In this document: in pieces, positions 39,962 to 52,180 of the stretch | How the letters are laid out: each line of letters starts with the position of its first letter | Numbering within the stretch: position 1 is the stretch's first letter | Source of the DNA: Epiperipatus broadwayi | Lineage: Eukaryota; Animalia; Onychophora | NCBI GenBank assembly: GCA_028023455.1 | Contig: JAQFVV010000006.1 | Span: 20,646,001-20,710,000 of the forward strand | Length of the DNA: 64,000 bases | Direction: 5' to 3' | Position numbers and translations under genes: made by a program | Notes under the pieces: generated by a model | What the model saw: only the letters and a program-made list of their open reading frames with translations | Databases searched by the model: none | Told to the model about the DNA's origin: nothing

Positions 39962-40075
39962 TAGGAAGTTCTCATGAAGTTTGACAATCGGAAGTGACAG
40001 GGTTGGAAGCACTTAACCATGAGCCTTCAACTTCAGAGTACCCATTCTATCTTTGCATTAAATCATGCCAGACAT
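39962..40075 (-). mobile_element. SINE family 2, diverged copy
   Basis: Colinear with 36763-36850 (gtttga..tc.gaagtg.cag, aact.cagag, catgc.g..cata). Confidence 0.45.
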
Positions 40076-40179
40076 ATATTATATAATTTATATTTATGAT
40101 TCATCTTAGATTTTGGAATAAATTTGTGTTGTGTATGAAATATACTTATGGGTTTGAAAAGGACGGTCTTTAATAAATG

Positions 40180-40638
40180 TGTGTTACCAGTTCTTATTTA
40201 CATATCTGAGACCTGGACACTTAACAAAAGACTTCAGATCACTCCACAAAGTATGGAGAAATGCATGTTAGTAATAAGAAGAGATTGAAACTAAAATACA
40301 TGGGTGAGAAAACAAACAGGTGTTATGGACATCATTGAAAGAATTAAGAGACTGAAGGCTTGACATATTGGTGGCACTACTGTATGGAGAGTTTTGCCTG
40401 TTTAATAACAGTTATGTGGAAGCATGAGAAGTGGTGATCATGTGATGTTTAGTAGAAGAGATGATGTTAGATAAACAGTTGAAATCTTTGAAAGAAACTA
40501 CATTAGAGATGGATGGATGAAATAAGAAAGAGTGTTGGGATAGTGTGAAGAAGCGAAATTAGAGATCAGAGAAAGTGGAATGAAGTTGAAGAAATCTTCA
40601 TCCTGCAGTAGATTGATAATGGTTGATAATGATGATGA
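40180..40638 (+). mobile_element. RTE-1-like LINE 3' fragment with a GAT tail
   Basis: VLPVLIYISETWTL, and the end ttcatcctgcagtagattgataatggttgataatgatgatg matches the reverse complement of 49655-49700. Confidence 0.85.
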
Positions 40639-41539
40639 GCGGCAACTCAAATTCATATTTTAAATATTTTATTATAAATTAAAACATATACAAAATATAA
40701 GAACTTCTCACAACAATTACTGAATTTATTTACATTACATAGATAGATCTGGAAATTACTAGAAGAAATGCAAACCTCTTTTAGGTTGAAAATTCAGTCT
40801 TAATTTGTAGGCATCCATACCACTGTCAGAATTGTTCTTCAGAATTTTCCTAGAGATATCTCCACCCTCCTAAATGAACAAGGAGAATAGAGCACAGAGC
40901 AGAATATGATAATTTTACTGTTACTATGATTGGTCTGTTTGATTATATATATTATCCAGTGAAACAAACCACAGAGGAGAATATGCTTATTCCACTGTTA
41001 TTACCATTGGTCTGTTTAATTGTGTACATTGTCCAGTGAAGTCATGTCTTTGTTTATTGAATCTGAATTACAAATTAATTTTTTCAAGTGTGAATAGAAA
41101 TGAATTACAACAATATGTCTTCTCTTTTCCATCTACACACAAACAACAATAGTATTTTGAGGGTATATTATAGTATAGTTTAAATTTAAAAAAATATCGA
41201 AGGTCCACCAAGCAACTAATTAAAATAATATAAAATGATTAACATACACAAACAGGGCTGAGCTTTTTAACATTTTTTAAGTATCCACTAAATGTGGACC
41301 TTAAATTACTTTCTTTTATTTATCAAAAATCATTGTAACAACTAGTAGAACAGTATTTTCAGATTAACCATGGTAAAAAAAATATTGAAAATCTCTAGGG
41401 TGAAATTTAATATAAAAATATAACTGTAACTGAAAATAACTGTGGTCCCTTCCCTTTCTTGTACATCTCAGAAAACCAACTTGAAACCCTTTAAGAATCA
41501 TGATCCATAGTTTGGGAACTCGAGTTTATATTTAAAAAA

Positions 41540-41650
41540 TGCTCAGAAGTTCATAAGAAATTTGAGAACAGAATGGCAAATGCCAGAATCAATCCTGGGA
41601 GCTTCCAATCCCAAATTGGGTGCTCTATGAACTGCACTAAACCCATAGGA
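41540..41650 (-). mobile_element. SINE family 2 copy
   Basis: The minus-strand head is tRNA-like (gggtttagtgcagttc..tttgggattggaagctcccaggattgattctggc) and the tail is shared with 38088. Confidence 0.55.
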
Positions 41651-43063
41651 TAAAGTTTATATAGTCATTAACTTTGTGTCCCCTTTTATCACTTTTTTTT
41701 ACATAGTAAGACCTCCACATTCGTTTATCTATGGCTGTTTAATGTTAAATTATTTAATTGTATTAACAATTTTCTGCATAAAATTTTATTGTCGTAAATA
41801 AATTTAAAATAATTAATAACGAAAAATATAAATCACATATACATGTGTGCATTAAGTTAAAAGGAATAGTTTAGGAAGTGTTTTTTTAATATCTTTATTA
41901 TTCTATTTCTGATAATATTTAATTAAATTTTTTATTCACTTACGTTTTCAATAAGTGTTTTAAAGCAAAGCTATAATGTGAAAAAAAGTAAGAAAAAATT
42001 ATAATAATTATATAAGTGGCTATTTTCATTACGATTAGTGTGTTTGTAATGACTTTGAGCTTAAAAAGAATCCAATAATTTACAAAAGCTGTTCTATTTG
42101 CTTTTGCAGTTAACACTGAGAAATCAAACAAAAGGAAAAATAAGATAAAAATCACCTACAGAAATGAAAATAAATTCAAGTAATTAATTATTATAAAAAT
42201 CTTTTGATTAAATAATAATATATTTGAAAATATAGTTTCATTCATTAAATTCAAGTCGATGTCTGCCTAATAAGTATATTATGAAATTAAAATAGAATTG
42301 TACACGCAACTTGCTGGATAATCTCATATCCTTTAGCCATTCAACTCGTTGGTAATCTCTGGGAAATTTTAGCACTCGTAAGTCTTCTTCATTGCTGACT
42401 AAGATGGAGCTGTTATAAGGTTTTAAAAGTGAGAATTAATAAAGATAGACAACCTAATTAAATTTTAACAGCTCTGTTGCTAATTGATATTGGAATGATA
42501 ATTTTAAGTTCTTATTCTTATTTGTGCTTTTCTTATCAGAGATAATTTGTTATTAAGTTGCTTAAATATCCTGTAGAGTGAACTAATAATATGAAGCCTT
42601 TGCAAAGTAATTGGAAATCGTGGTTTATTTGTGAAACTGAAGAACGTAATAATAGCCCCGAGATTAGGCGTAATTATACTATTAGTTTTTGTTTTCTTTT
42701 TTATTCTTTTATTTTATAAATGCATTATTCGAGAAAGATTCATATAAAATTATACCTTGTTGGCCTAAACTAGAAAAGTTGATTTAAATAATAGAAAAAT
42801 ATAATTTAGAACAAAATTAACAATTTCGGTGAAAATAAATTAATTATTCTTCAATATAACTGAATTTATTTTTCCTGACAACATTTATGAATAAATAATC
42901 TAATTTTTATAACTGCGATGTGATATACTGCAGCCACTTTTTGTCTGAAATCATTTTTAATAGGTGTTACATATTATAAATTTATATATTGTATATACTA
43001 TACTTATAAAATACTTATTATAAATTTAAATTATAAATAAAATAGAAATTCATATAGCATTAT

Positions 43064-43409
43064 ATTACTAGCCAAAAAACAAAATTTTTATTAAAATTAT
43101 TCTACAACCATGGTTTAATCTGGTAACAAATAGATCTTTTCAAGTAAAAATTCAGCTATACATATATATTCAAAACAAAATATAGCCTTCCCATCATTCA
43201 CTTCAAAAACCAACTTCCTTTAATATCAATCTCATGAAGATATCCTTTGACATTAAAGGAAGTATTTTGAAGTGAATAATAAGAAGACTATTTTGTTTTG
43301 TACATATATGTTGTTTAGTTCAATTTGACTTGAAAAGATCTATTTGTTAATGGATGAAACCATGGCTGTTGAAGAATTTTAGTAAAAAAATTGATTTTTG
43401 GCTAGTAGT
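43064..43409. mobile_element. Foldback element with ~122-bp arms; a solo arm lies at ~47835-47945
   Basis: acttgaaaagatctatttgtta..aaaccatgg..ttttggctagta is mirrored between 43064-43185 and 43288-43409. Confidence 0.8.
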
Positions 43410-43548
43410 GGAATGCTATTTTGTATATCATGTTTTCTAAAATTCTCATTATTCTCTTACCTATTTCATTCAGAATATCTCTGTTATTTCTTAATCTTAT
43501 TAAAAATAAATACATCAACTCATTTTTTTAGTACAATTTGCTTTTCAT

Positions 43549-43550
<2 letters not shown>

Positions 43551-43587
<37 letters not shown>

Positions 43588-43600
43588 CTGCGTGTGTGTG
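43551..43600. repeat. (TA)n(TG)n microsatellite
   Basis: Direct read. Confidence 0.95.
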
Positions 43601-43611
43601 CAGTAGACATA

Positions 43612-43799
43612 CCTTATGTGTGCTAAAGTGCAATAAAAAAAAGCTATAATTGAATAATGATAATACCAGACAGCTAAGCGCTTTCAATGATTTTTTGTGT
43701 CCTATAGTCATAGAAAGCTTTTGAAAGTGCTTAGCTCCTTGGTATTATCATTATTCAATTATAACTTTGCCTTTTTATTGTGTTTCAGCACACATAAGG
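43612..43799. mobile_element. Foldback MITE with ~78-bp arms
   Basis: ccttatgtgtgct...tataattgaataatgataatacca...gctaagc.ctttcaa is mirrored across a ~30-bp spacer. Confidence 0.85.
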
Positions 43800-44178
43800 A
43801 CTCTTCTAAGGAAATTCTCATTTCTTTATAATTAGAATATGCAATACATATATTCCACAGTTTTTTTTCATTTATTTTTTTTAAAAGAAAAACTTGTTAG
43901 ATATCAGTAATAATCATTCCACTTTTTTCTTTAACATTTGCATAACTTATATAACAATTTTGAATCTATTTTCTGCTTTTTGGTAATATGCTTTTTCACC
44001 ATCTTTATGCTACTTAATGTAAGTTTTAGTAATTAATGGTAGATGCTAGATGATAATGCTTAATAAATCTCTATCCTGTTCTGTTCTATCCAATATCTAC
44101 AGACAAGTTTCAAGCATATGACTTTTATCAGTGAGGATCTTTGGATCTTGGATCAGTGCATTTGAAATTTTAGAATCT

Positions 44179-44275
44179 TGTCAAGCATTGGTGGCCTAGT
44201 GGTTAGCATAGCTGCCTTCCAAAAACAGCTGGTCCAGGTTTGCTTCCCAGTCAATGCTTTGACATATCAAAAAAC
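44179..44275 (+). mobile_element. tRNA-Gly(TCC)-derived SINE / retro-pseudogene, copy D (closest to canonical tRNA-Gly)
   Basis: GCATTGGTGGCCTAGTGGTTAGCATAGCTGCCTTCCAA...GGTTTGCTTCCCAGTCAATGC matches eukaryotic tRNA-Gly(TCC) as recalled, differing mostly by CpG transitions. TSD is aaattttagaat / aaactttagaat. Confidence 0.8.
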
Positions 44276-47200
44276 TTTAGAATGTAATATACCTCTCTTC
44301 CAGCTGCTATCATTTACCTCTCCTTTATACTATCAAGCTATCAGCTCTAACTGAAAAACATATAAATGTTTTTAATCCAAGACAACTTGCTTGCATAGTC
44401 AGATAGATCTGAAATCAGTTCAGTTTCTATATATTATGATATTCTTCATTTTTTAATAACTATAGGTACCTCTATCCTGTGGCCAGGAATTGGTGTCAAC
44501 TAATAAAATATCACATGACCCCAGCTTATATAATGTTGTTTTAGCAGGAATATATCACTTACCGTAACCATATAATTTTTAGTAAGCAATAATAGAGTTT
44601 GAGTATTTTGCAATTGATTTTTTGTTAAAAAATATATCCCAATACTACTTTAATTTTTCAGTCATTATATAAACATTCAACTATTAAAAAAACATGAGAT
44701 ATGTAAAAATTCTTCCATTATTAATAAGTTTAAAAAGTTAGTTATTACTATTTTTGTTTTTATTAACGCTTTTAAAGAAAGACATGAATCAACTCGAACA
44801 TAGCTGCAACATGCCCTAAAATGGAAAATTTTTACATTATCATAGTGAATTTAGGCTTATTTTAAAGCTTAAAAAGTACTGTAAGAAGCTGCCCTCTCTA
44901 GAGTTATTTTACAAGTAACAACTCAATAATATTGATGTAAGAAGCTATAGCAATGGGAGAAGGCAGGCTTTCCTAGATGCTGATTGGTTGGTTGTCATTT
45001 CAAAGAAAAGAAGAGTGCTTGTCAATAATTTTCACCACTCCATTTTCTGTTTTGATTTTGAAAACAAAAATGTTTTAGAGTGGTTTTTTTAATGTTTTCT
45101 ACATATAAATTATTTTGCTAAAATATGTTGAAAATAAAATTATTTTATAAAAATAGTTAAAATTTTAGTAAAAATTATTTACTTTTACATGAATGTAAAT
45201 TGAGAAAGAAAATCACTCACTTACTCAACATTTTCTAATAGGTTATGAATGTTCTTTTTAGGTTCTCCGTTATCAAATATTTTATAATTATAAATAGAAA
45301 TTTATTTTTAAAAAAACTTTGGTTCACTTTCATAATGTGACAAATTATTAATATACTTTTTACAAACAAAACTAAAATGAATATAATATTAAAAGATGAA
45401 TATATTTTTACTGCTGACTCTGTAATTGACCAATCAAAAGTTTAGAGTTTTAATTCACTCAACCAACCAGAATTTGGGCAATAAAAAGGTTAAGGTAGCA
45501 ATTTAAAGAAAAAGCCAGTTTAATATAATCAATTCAAAGGAAATTTAGATTTCATCCTTTATTTCTTTTTTTCTCTTTATTTTAATTAACTCTAAATATC
45601 CCTAAAGTTTCTTCCTCAAATTAAATGAAAGTGTCAGTTTAAAAACATTTTGCTGTCTATTGCACTGATACAAAACTTACCAAAGCAGTATGAATGTGAT
45701 TTAAAATGTGTTCCACCACCACTGTTACAAATACTTTAGGTTGGACAATCCTAAAATATTGCATTGTTATATTGCAATGACAAAGCAAATGTGTAGAAAT
45801 TTGAGGAAAATCTGTTCAATTGAAGTATGTTAAAAATCAGTTACAAGGTTTGATCCAAATAGACAGAATTCTTAAGATAAATAAATTCTTTTAAAAATGA
45901 CCATTTCTTATTGCAGTTCATGATGTTATATAGAAAATTGTTTAAAACTATTACAATGAGAGAAATTTTTATTAAGTTAGACTAAATATTTAACCCTCTT
46001 GCATTGCAGCATTTTCTGATGTTTTTTTTGTCTCACACATCAACATAAAATATATGATTAAATGATTATTACTTATCAGAAAATAATAAATTTGACTTTA
46101 TTTGATAAATATTTTTGTTTACTACTAAAATAAAATTTTAAATGTTCACATTTTGTTTCTATAAATATTTAAACCCTTATTCCCTTCAAAGAATAGCCAT
46201 TTGATGTCCATATCAACATAAATGAAATTAATATTATGTTTATGATTGTCTCAATCATCTTTGCTTACTATATTCTTATTTAGAAATCATAATTCTTTTT
46301 TTTCATTAACTTGATATATTAAATTCCTATCTGTCATAATGGTTATATGGAATCTCCCTGTTATATACCATAGTTATGATATAAACAAGGAAACCCATTT
46401 ATGATAGAAATAATCAGTATACTATAAACATTTAACACAATTATTAGTATACACAAACAAAGAAAAATATATATGGTGCAATTGTATGAATGTTTGAACT
46501 AAATATATCTTAGGTAAAATCTTACCTTTTTTCCTTTGATGCTGATCAGATTTGTACACAAGCAAATGGTCATTGTAAGCTATATTTTATTTTACTTACA
46601 CTAATGGCAATTATATTTCTCCATTATGTTACATATTAATACTTATGTTCCTCTTTGTATCCATATTAAAATAAATATTTGGAAAAAAAAACATTTATAC
46701 AAAATATACAAATAAATAAAATTCATGAAATGTAGTTTTAAAGTTCAGAAGGAAAATGTCTTAGTAAATCATTCTGGTGATCCTCATTAATCGATTTCAA
46801 GCATAGATGGTAAATCGTAAAATGTTCCAGAACATTCATTAAGTCACTTATCCTTTGTATCCTTGGAAATTTTGCTTTGAAGTGTGAAGTTGTCATATCC
46901 ATTTCTTAATAATAAACTTGTTGTTTTATGGCACAGATGTTAAATGTGCAGTCAATTCTCTCCCAGTTCTGATAATTATAGCTTCATGAGCAATGACTTT
47001 CTTCCCCAATGTTGCTTTTGCACTTAGCAATGCATGTGTGTCTGTATTATTATTTATTTGTTTATTATTAAATTATTTTGAGTTAATTAAGAGCAATATT
47101 TTTTGTATTATTAGATATCCTCAAGTCTAGATGCTTTGATCTATGATTTAGAATTATAGACATTTTGGAAATTTGAATAATCTGACTTTAATTTTGAAGA

Positions 47201-49654
47201 TTTCAGATTTGAATTCCTCAGTTGGCTATTTTTAATTCTAAATGCTTATTCTTCCTTTTTTGAATATTCAGATATTGGTTTTTAATGTTATTTCAACTCA
47301 AAGGTGGTTGGAGTTTCTATTTGAATTGAAAATTCGAATTCTCTGCTTAAATTTTTGCAGATACTTTTGAGAAGAAGCTCATTGTTGAAAAATAGCAAGT
47401 TCATGATAATCATTTAGTCCTATTGTTGATGTCATTATTAGTAATTATTATATATAATGTGTTAATAACAATAAAAATTTTATTTGCTATTTCTTTACTT
47501 TAATGTAAATTTTCATTTCTTGCTTGCATTTACTTTATTTGATCATATTTCTTATGTATTGTTGTAGTATGTTGGAGTTTCATCACACTTAATAAGATAA
47601 TAATTACTAAAGGTTAGTTGTCATGTATATGTTTTATAATTTAATCAAGATACATATTTGTAGTATGATTAAGTTGGGGTTTAAATGTGTATCACAATTA
47701 ATGGTTTATCAATTCAAGTGCTTTATTTTTATTATTGTATTGTTTACTAAAGAATGATAATATATTGTTTCTTGGATTTGAATTAGGCCAAATGTGTGTA
47801 AATTATATTGAAGGGATGTAGGGGTCACACTTTACAATATGTTATATATTTTTGTTGAATTTCAGCTGAAAATGACTATTTGTTAATGGATGAAACCTGC
47901 GGATGAATTTTACTAAAATTTTGTTTTTGGTTATTATTGTAATGTTATATGAATTTCTATTAAACTCACTTAAAATTAAATGAATTTTTTTAGCTCAAGT
48001 CATCTAGTTTAAATGAATGCATCTAGTAAGATCATGTAGACAAGGGTGTAAAAGATATTTATTTATTGCAATAGACAATAATAGAAAATAGTAAAAAAAA
48101 ATTTTTTGCATTTTGTGATAATCAGCTTCAAGGCAGATTTGCTCTTCCAGAAGAGTCATAAAGTCACAGAATTTATCATGTTTAATCCATATTTATTTTT
48201 GAAACACTACATTATTAATAGTAGTAGTTGTAGAAGTAGTAGCATTAATTTTTGTTTTATACTATGTAGGAAATGCAATGGTAAGAATGCCAAGCTTTAG
48301 ATGTAAAGATTATTGGATCTATTTCTAACTGCAGAAATTAAATAAAGAATCTCAGTTTGCTCAAGTGAATAGAACTATACCCTATATGGTGAAATGTTGA
48401 AGTAAAAGATTCAAAGTCTATGAACTGTGGCTCAGCTCTGACATTTCCTGGTGTATGAATACTTGTGAACTCCTGAATAATAAAGAATAATTAATCGTTT
48501 GATTAATTTTGCCCTGTGACTTTTAACGCTGTGGCAGAGTAACCCCCTGGAGCTCAAGAGTTTGTGGATTACGGCTTCATTCAGTCAGTTCCAGTACCAA
48601 AATTTATTGTGAAATCCTGAACAACAAATCTTTCAATTACTATTTAACGGAACTAATTTTTTGCAACCTATTAATTGTTACTAGAACGCCACCTGTTCTC
48701 CAGATCACTTAACCGTGTAATTATTATTATTCTCTGTCATATTGTGTGAATATATATAAATTCACTAAATTTCAAATGTTTTGCTGCAACTAACGTTATA
48801 AAATTAATTTTGTTAACATCTTTATAATATCAGCTTTTTTTTTACTTTTATGAAAAGAGACAGTGTAGAAAAAGACAATATTATATTACTTTTTTCTCGA
48901 TTTAATGATCTTGTGAAGATGTGATAAAATAAAATATCTAAAAGCCATCTAGAGACTTACAAAGAAAAATTAAAGTAGACATAAGTCTGAGTTTATGAAA
49001 GAAACATGCAACCGAGGAATCATTGAAATGAAGAAGTTAATAATTCAATTTAAATTGAATTTACAGAATTTTTCTACTACTAATGAATAAACAGCGCATA
49101 ACACTCATATATATAGATTATACAAAAGTAAAAAAATAAAATTACAGTTAGAGAAAACAGATCTTTGCTTTTTCATTAAGATCTTTAAAAAAATTGAGCA
49201 GGAAAATTTAACATAATCACTTCACACATCCCTGTAATTAATAATTATTTATATAAATAAATAACCGAAGTGTTTAAACAATAAGTAAATTGGCGCAATG
49301 TTAAGCATTAAAAAAACTAACACAATTTTCATTTCATTCTATATGTTGTCACAAGATAAAAATCAAAATATTTGCAGGACATATATTTCAGGCAAATATT
49401 TTTTTTTCAACTGCCTTAGAAAACAATTGTTTTCATTATGCGGTAAAATGAAATGAATCGTGTGGTGCTTCAATCTGTTTTGTATTTAAACGAGGTCATT
49501 AATTGTTTAGGCATGTTTACTTATTAATTTGTCTATGCATAATTCTTTTAAAAAAAAGAGTGCTATTTAAAACTCTGCCTTATGCATTAATAAGTTGACA
49601 TGAAGAGGTTTATTAAATAGCATCACTACCTTGTACATTTAAATAAAAACATCA

Positions 49655-50095
49655 CCATCAACCATTATCAATCCACTGCAGGATGAAGGTCTCTTGAAGT
49701 TCAATCCTTCTCCAATCTTTAGCTTCTCTTCTCCACATCACCCCTGCACACTTTCTTATTTCATCCACCATCTCACATGTGGTCTCTTTCTGGGTCTTTT
49801 ACAATCTCTTGAAATCCAGTTTAAGATTTCAGTTGTCCATCTATTATCATCTCTTCTAGTAATATGTCCAGCTCAACTCTACTTCAGTCTTTTAATTTTT
49901 TTCAATGAGGTGAGTAACATCTGTTTGTTCTCTTGCCCATATATTGCGTTTCAATCTCTTCTTGTTATTCCCAACATGCATCTCTCCATACTTCTTTGAG
50001 TGGTCTGAAGTCTCTGTATTGCTCTTCTGTTAAGTGTCCAAGTCTCAGATCCATAACTAAGAACTGGTAAAACACATTTATTAAAAACCTTCCAA
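49655..50095 (-). mobile_element. RTE-1-like LINE 3' fragment
   Basis: The minus strand gives VLPVLSYGSETWTL and RNAIW..EQT, ending gagaccttcatcctgcagtggattgataatggttgatg. Confidence 0.88.
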
Positions 50096-50469
50096 TACAA
50101 ACATTAAATTAAATTTACATCATCAAATGCTAATTTTATTTCTTCACAAATGTTTGCATTAATGATGCCTACAGAAAATATTTCTATTCAGTCATTGTTG
50201 GTTCAATAAATGTATTATTTTTATATTTTCAAATGTATTATATTCATGTTTTTTGCTTTATCCTCATGGATATTGCTTGTAATAAACAGTTAATAAAATT
50301 TCTCATCTAATGTTCGCATTGATCATAAATAGTTGTTTATTTAATCTTTTGTGCTGATTAAGTATATTACTCTCAGGTTCGTTTCCTAAATAATTTATAT
50401 TATTTTTCATGTTTTTTTTTAGGTTTGTTTTTGATTTTTTACAAAAATATAAAAGTATTGATCAACATT

Positions 50470-52180
50470 TTTTTTGCTGATGTGATGTATTGTGACGGAT
50501 TATGGCTTCACCTTTCTTGGAGTCAGGAATCTCTCAGCCACTATGCCCAGATATACCTGATAGCCGTCTTCCCGTCCCTTTCCATTCTCTACCCTGTGTT
50601 TCAATATTCTTCTCTATACTGCTCCATCCCATTCCTACAACATTACATTTGTCCACTCTATGATCTTTATATCTAAATCCTCCTTATCTTTTTTTAAATC
50701 CAGCAGAAAAACCAAAAGCCCACATTCTGTATAATCATTTTATTTATATTTATTCTCCAACAACTTCATTATTTGTACTCTTTCTGCTTGTAGTCATTTA
50801 CATTCAATAACAGATGCCAAATATTTTCTATGCATTCTTTATATAACTTGCAGACTAAATCATCCCAATTTCTGCATTTATGTGTATATTTTCTTGTTGC
50901 TAACAATCCTGTTCAAGCATTCTGTTTACTTCTAAAATATATTTAAACTCTTTTTACTCTCCATATTAGTTTTCCACCTCTCCAGCTCCCTATTTTTATT
51001 AATGCATCTATTCTTTTACCCATTCCTTGCCACTATAACACTCAACAGTTCTTCTAACATAATCATCCCATCTTTTGATAATGTCTTTATCCAACTATTC
51101 TGTATACCATACTATTTTTCTTACCCATCTTGTTGCCTGTCCTTTACTCATAATCCAATTAAATACAATTTTGGCTATTCTCTTACTATCCATAAATTGC
51201 AATCTACCAAACATTTTCATTTTGCTTTTTGCATCTTTCATATAAAAACTTGACTACCCTATTTCTTCTTGAATTGCCTCCTATGCTGTCCACACATCTG
51301 GATCTAATGTATGTCTTCCTTCTTTTCTTTGTACTTTTATTAAGTAGTCTAACACCAACAAATAACACATCATTACCATAAGTTAACCCTGCTACTGCCA
51401 CTCCCATCCATACAATTCTAGCTACATCATATTTATTATATGAAATTATCAATAATTTTTACCATTCATCCAAGCAATTTTTTTGATTATTTAAGATGAT
51501 TCCCAAATTGTTATACCTATTCACCACATTCAACTTCATATTCACCAATAAAAATTCTTTCTCTTCTCTTTCCCCAGCATTTATTATCATTATTTTTGAT
51601 TTTGCTTCACTAAATTTAATCCCCATCTCTTTACTCATTTTTTCACATCTTCAGCATAACTTCCACATCTTCCCTTCTGTCTGTGTACAAGAACATATCA
51701 TTAAAAATTAAAAAACCGATAATATATACACTCCTTTGCTATCTGTTAATGGTATCTCTAACCCTCTTCTTAGTCTTTCTTGCTCTCTCCATTTCTCTCA
51801 AATATAACAAAAACAAAATATGTGGCATAGAACATCTTTGTCTTAGTCTCACTCCACTTTTAACTTTAACTGATGCTATATTTTCTAAATGATATCTATA
51901 GTAATTATTTTCGTACAATTTCTTAATAATATACACTAAATCTCCATTCATTTTCCAAATTTACTAAAATTACCATAATCTATTTCCATTTACTTTATCA
52001 TATTCCTTCTCTCTCTATATAAAGACCATTTATAACTGTCTATCTGTATTACTAAGTTGTGTGACTACAAATAAAGTATCTCCTAGATGCCTATCTGATC
52101 CAAAACTTCCTTGAAATGGTATGATTATAGTAGCACCATCAATGGGTAAAACTTTACTCTTTATTAATACCATTATTTTT
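50470..52180 (-). mobile_element. 5'-truncated sister copy of the 18-22.6 kb LINE (RT to 3' end)
   Basis: Its reverse complement aligns with ~20950-22615 (VARIVWMGVAVAGLTYGN; shared 3' end agagattcctgact..cacatcac). Confidence 0.88.

Noticed and set aside
44185-44258. Functional tRNA-Gly(TCC) gene
   Set aside because: It has an insertion after the anticodon loop, a mutated T-loop, CpG decay, and an A-tail with a TSD instead of a T-run terminator, so it is treated as a retroposed copy.
46730-47470. LINE ORF1 or zinc-finger relic on the minus strand
   Set aside because: The Cys and His residues do not form a recognisable motif, and the frames are frequently closed.
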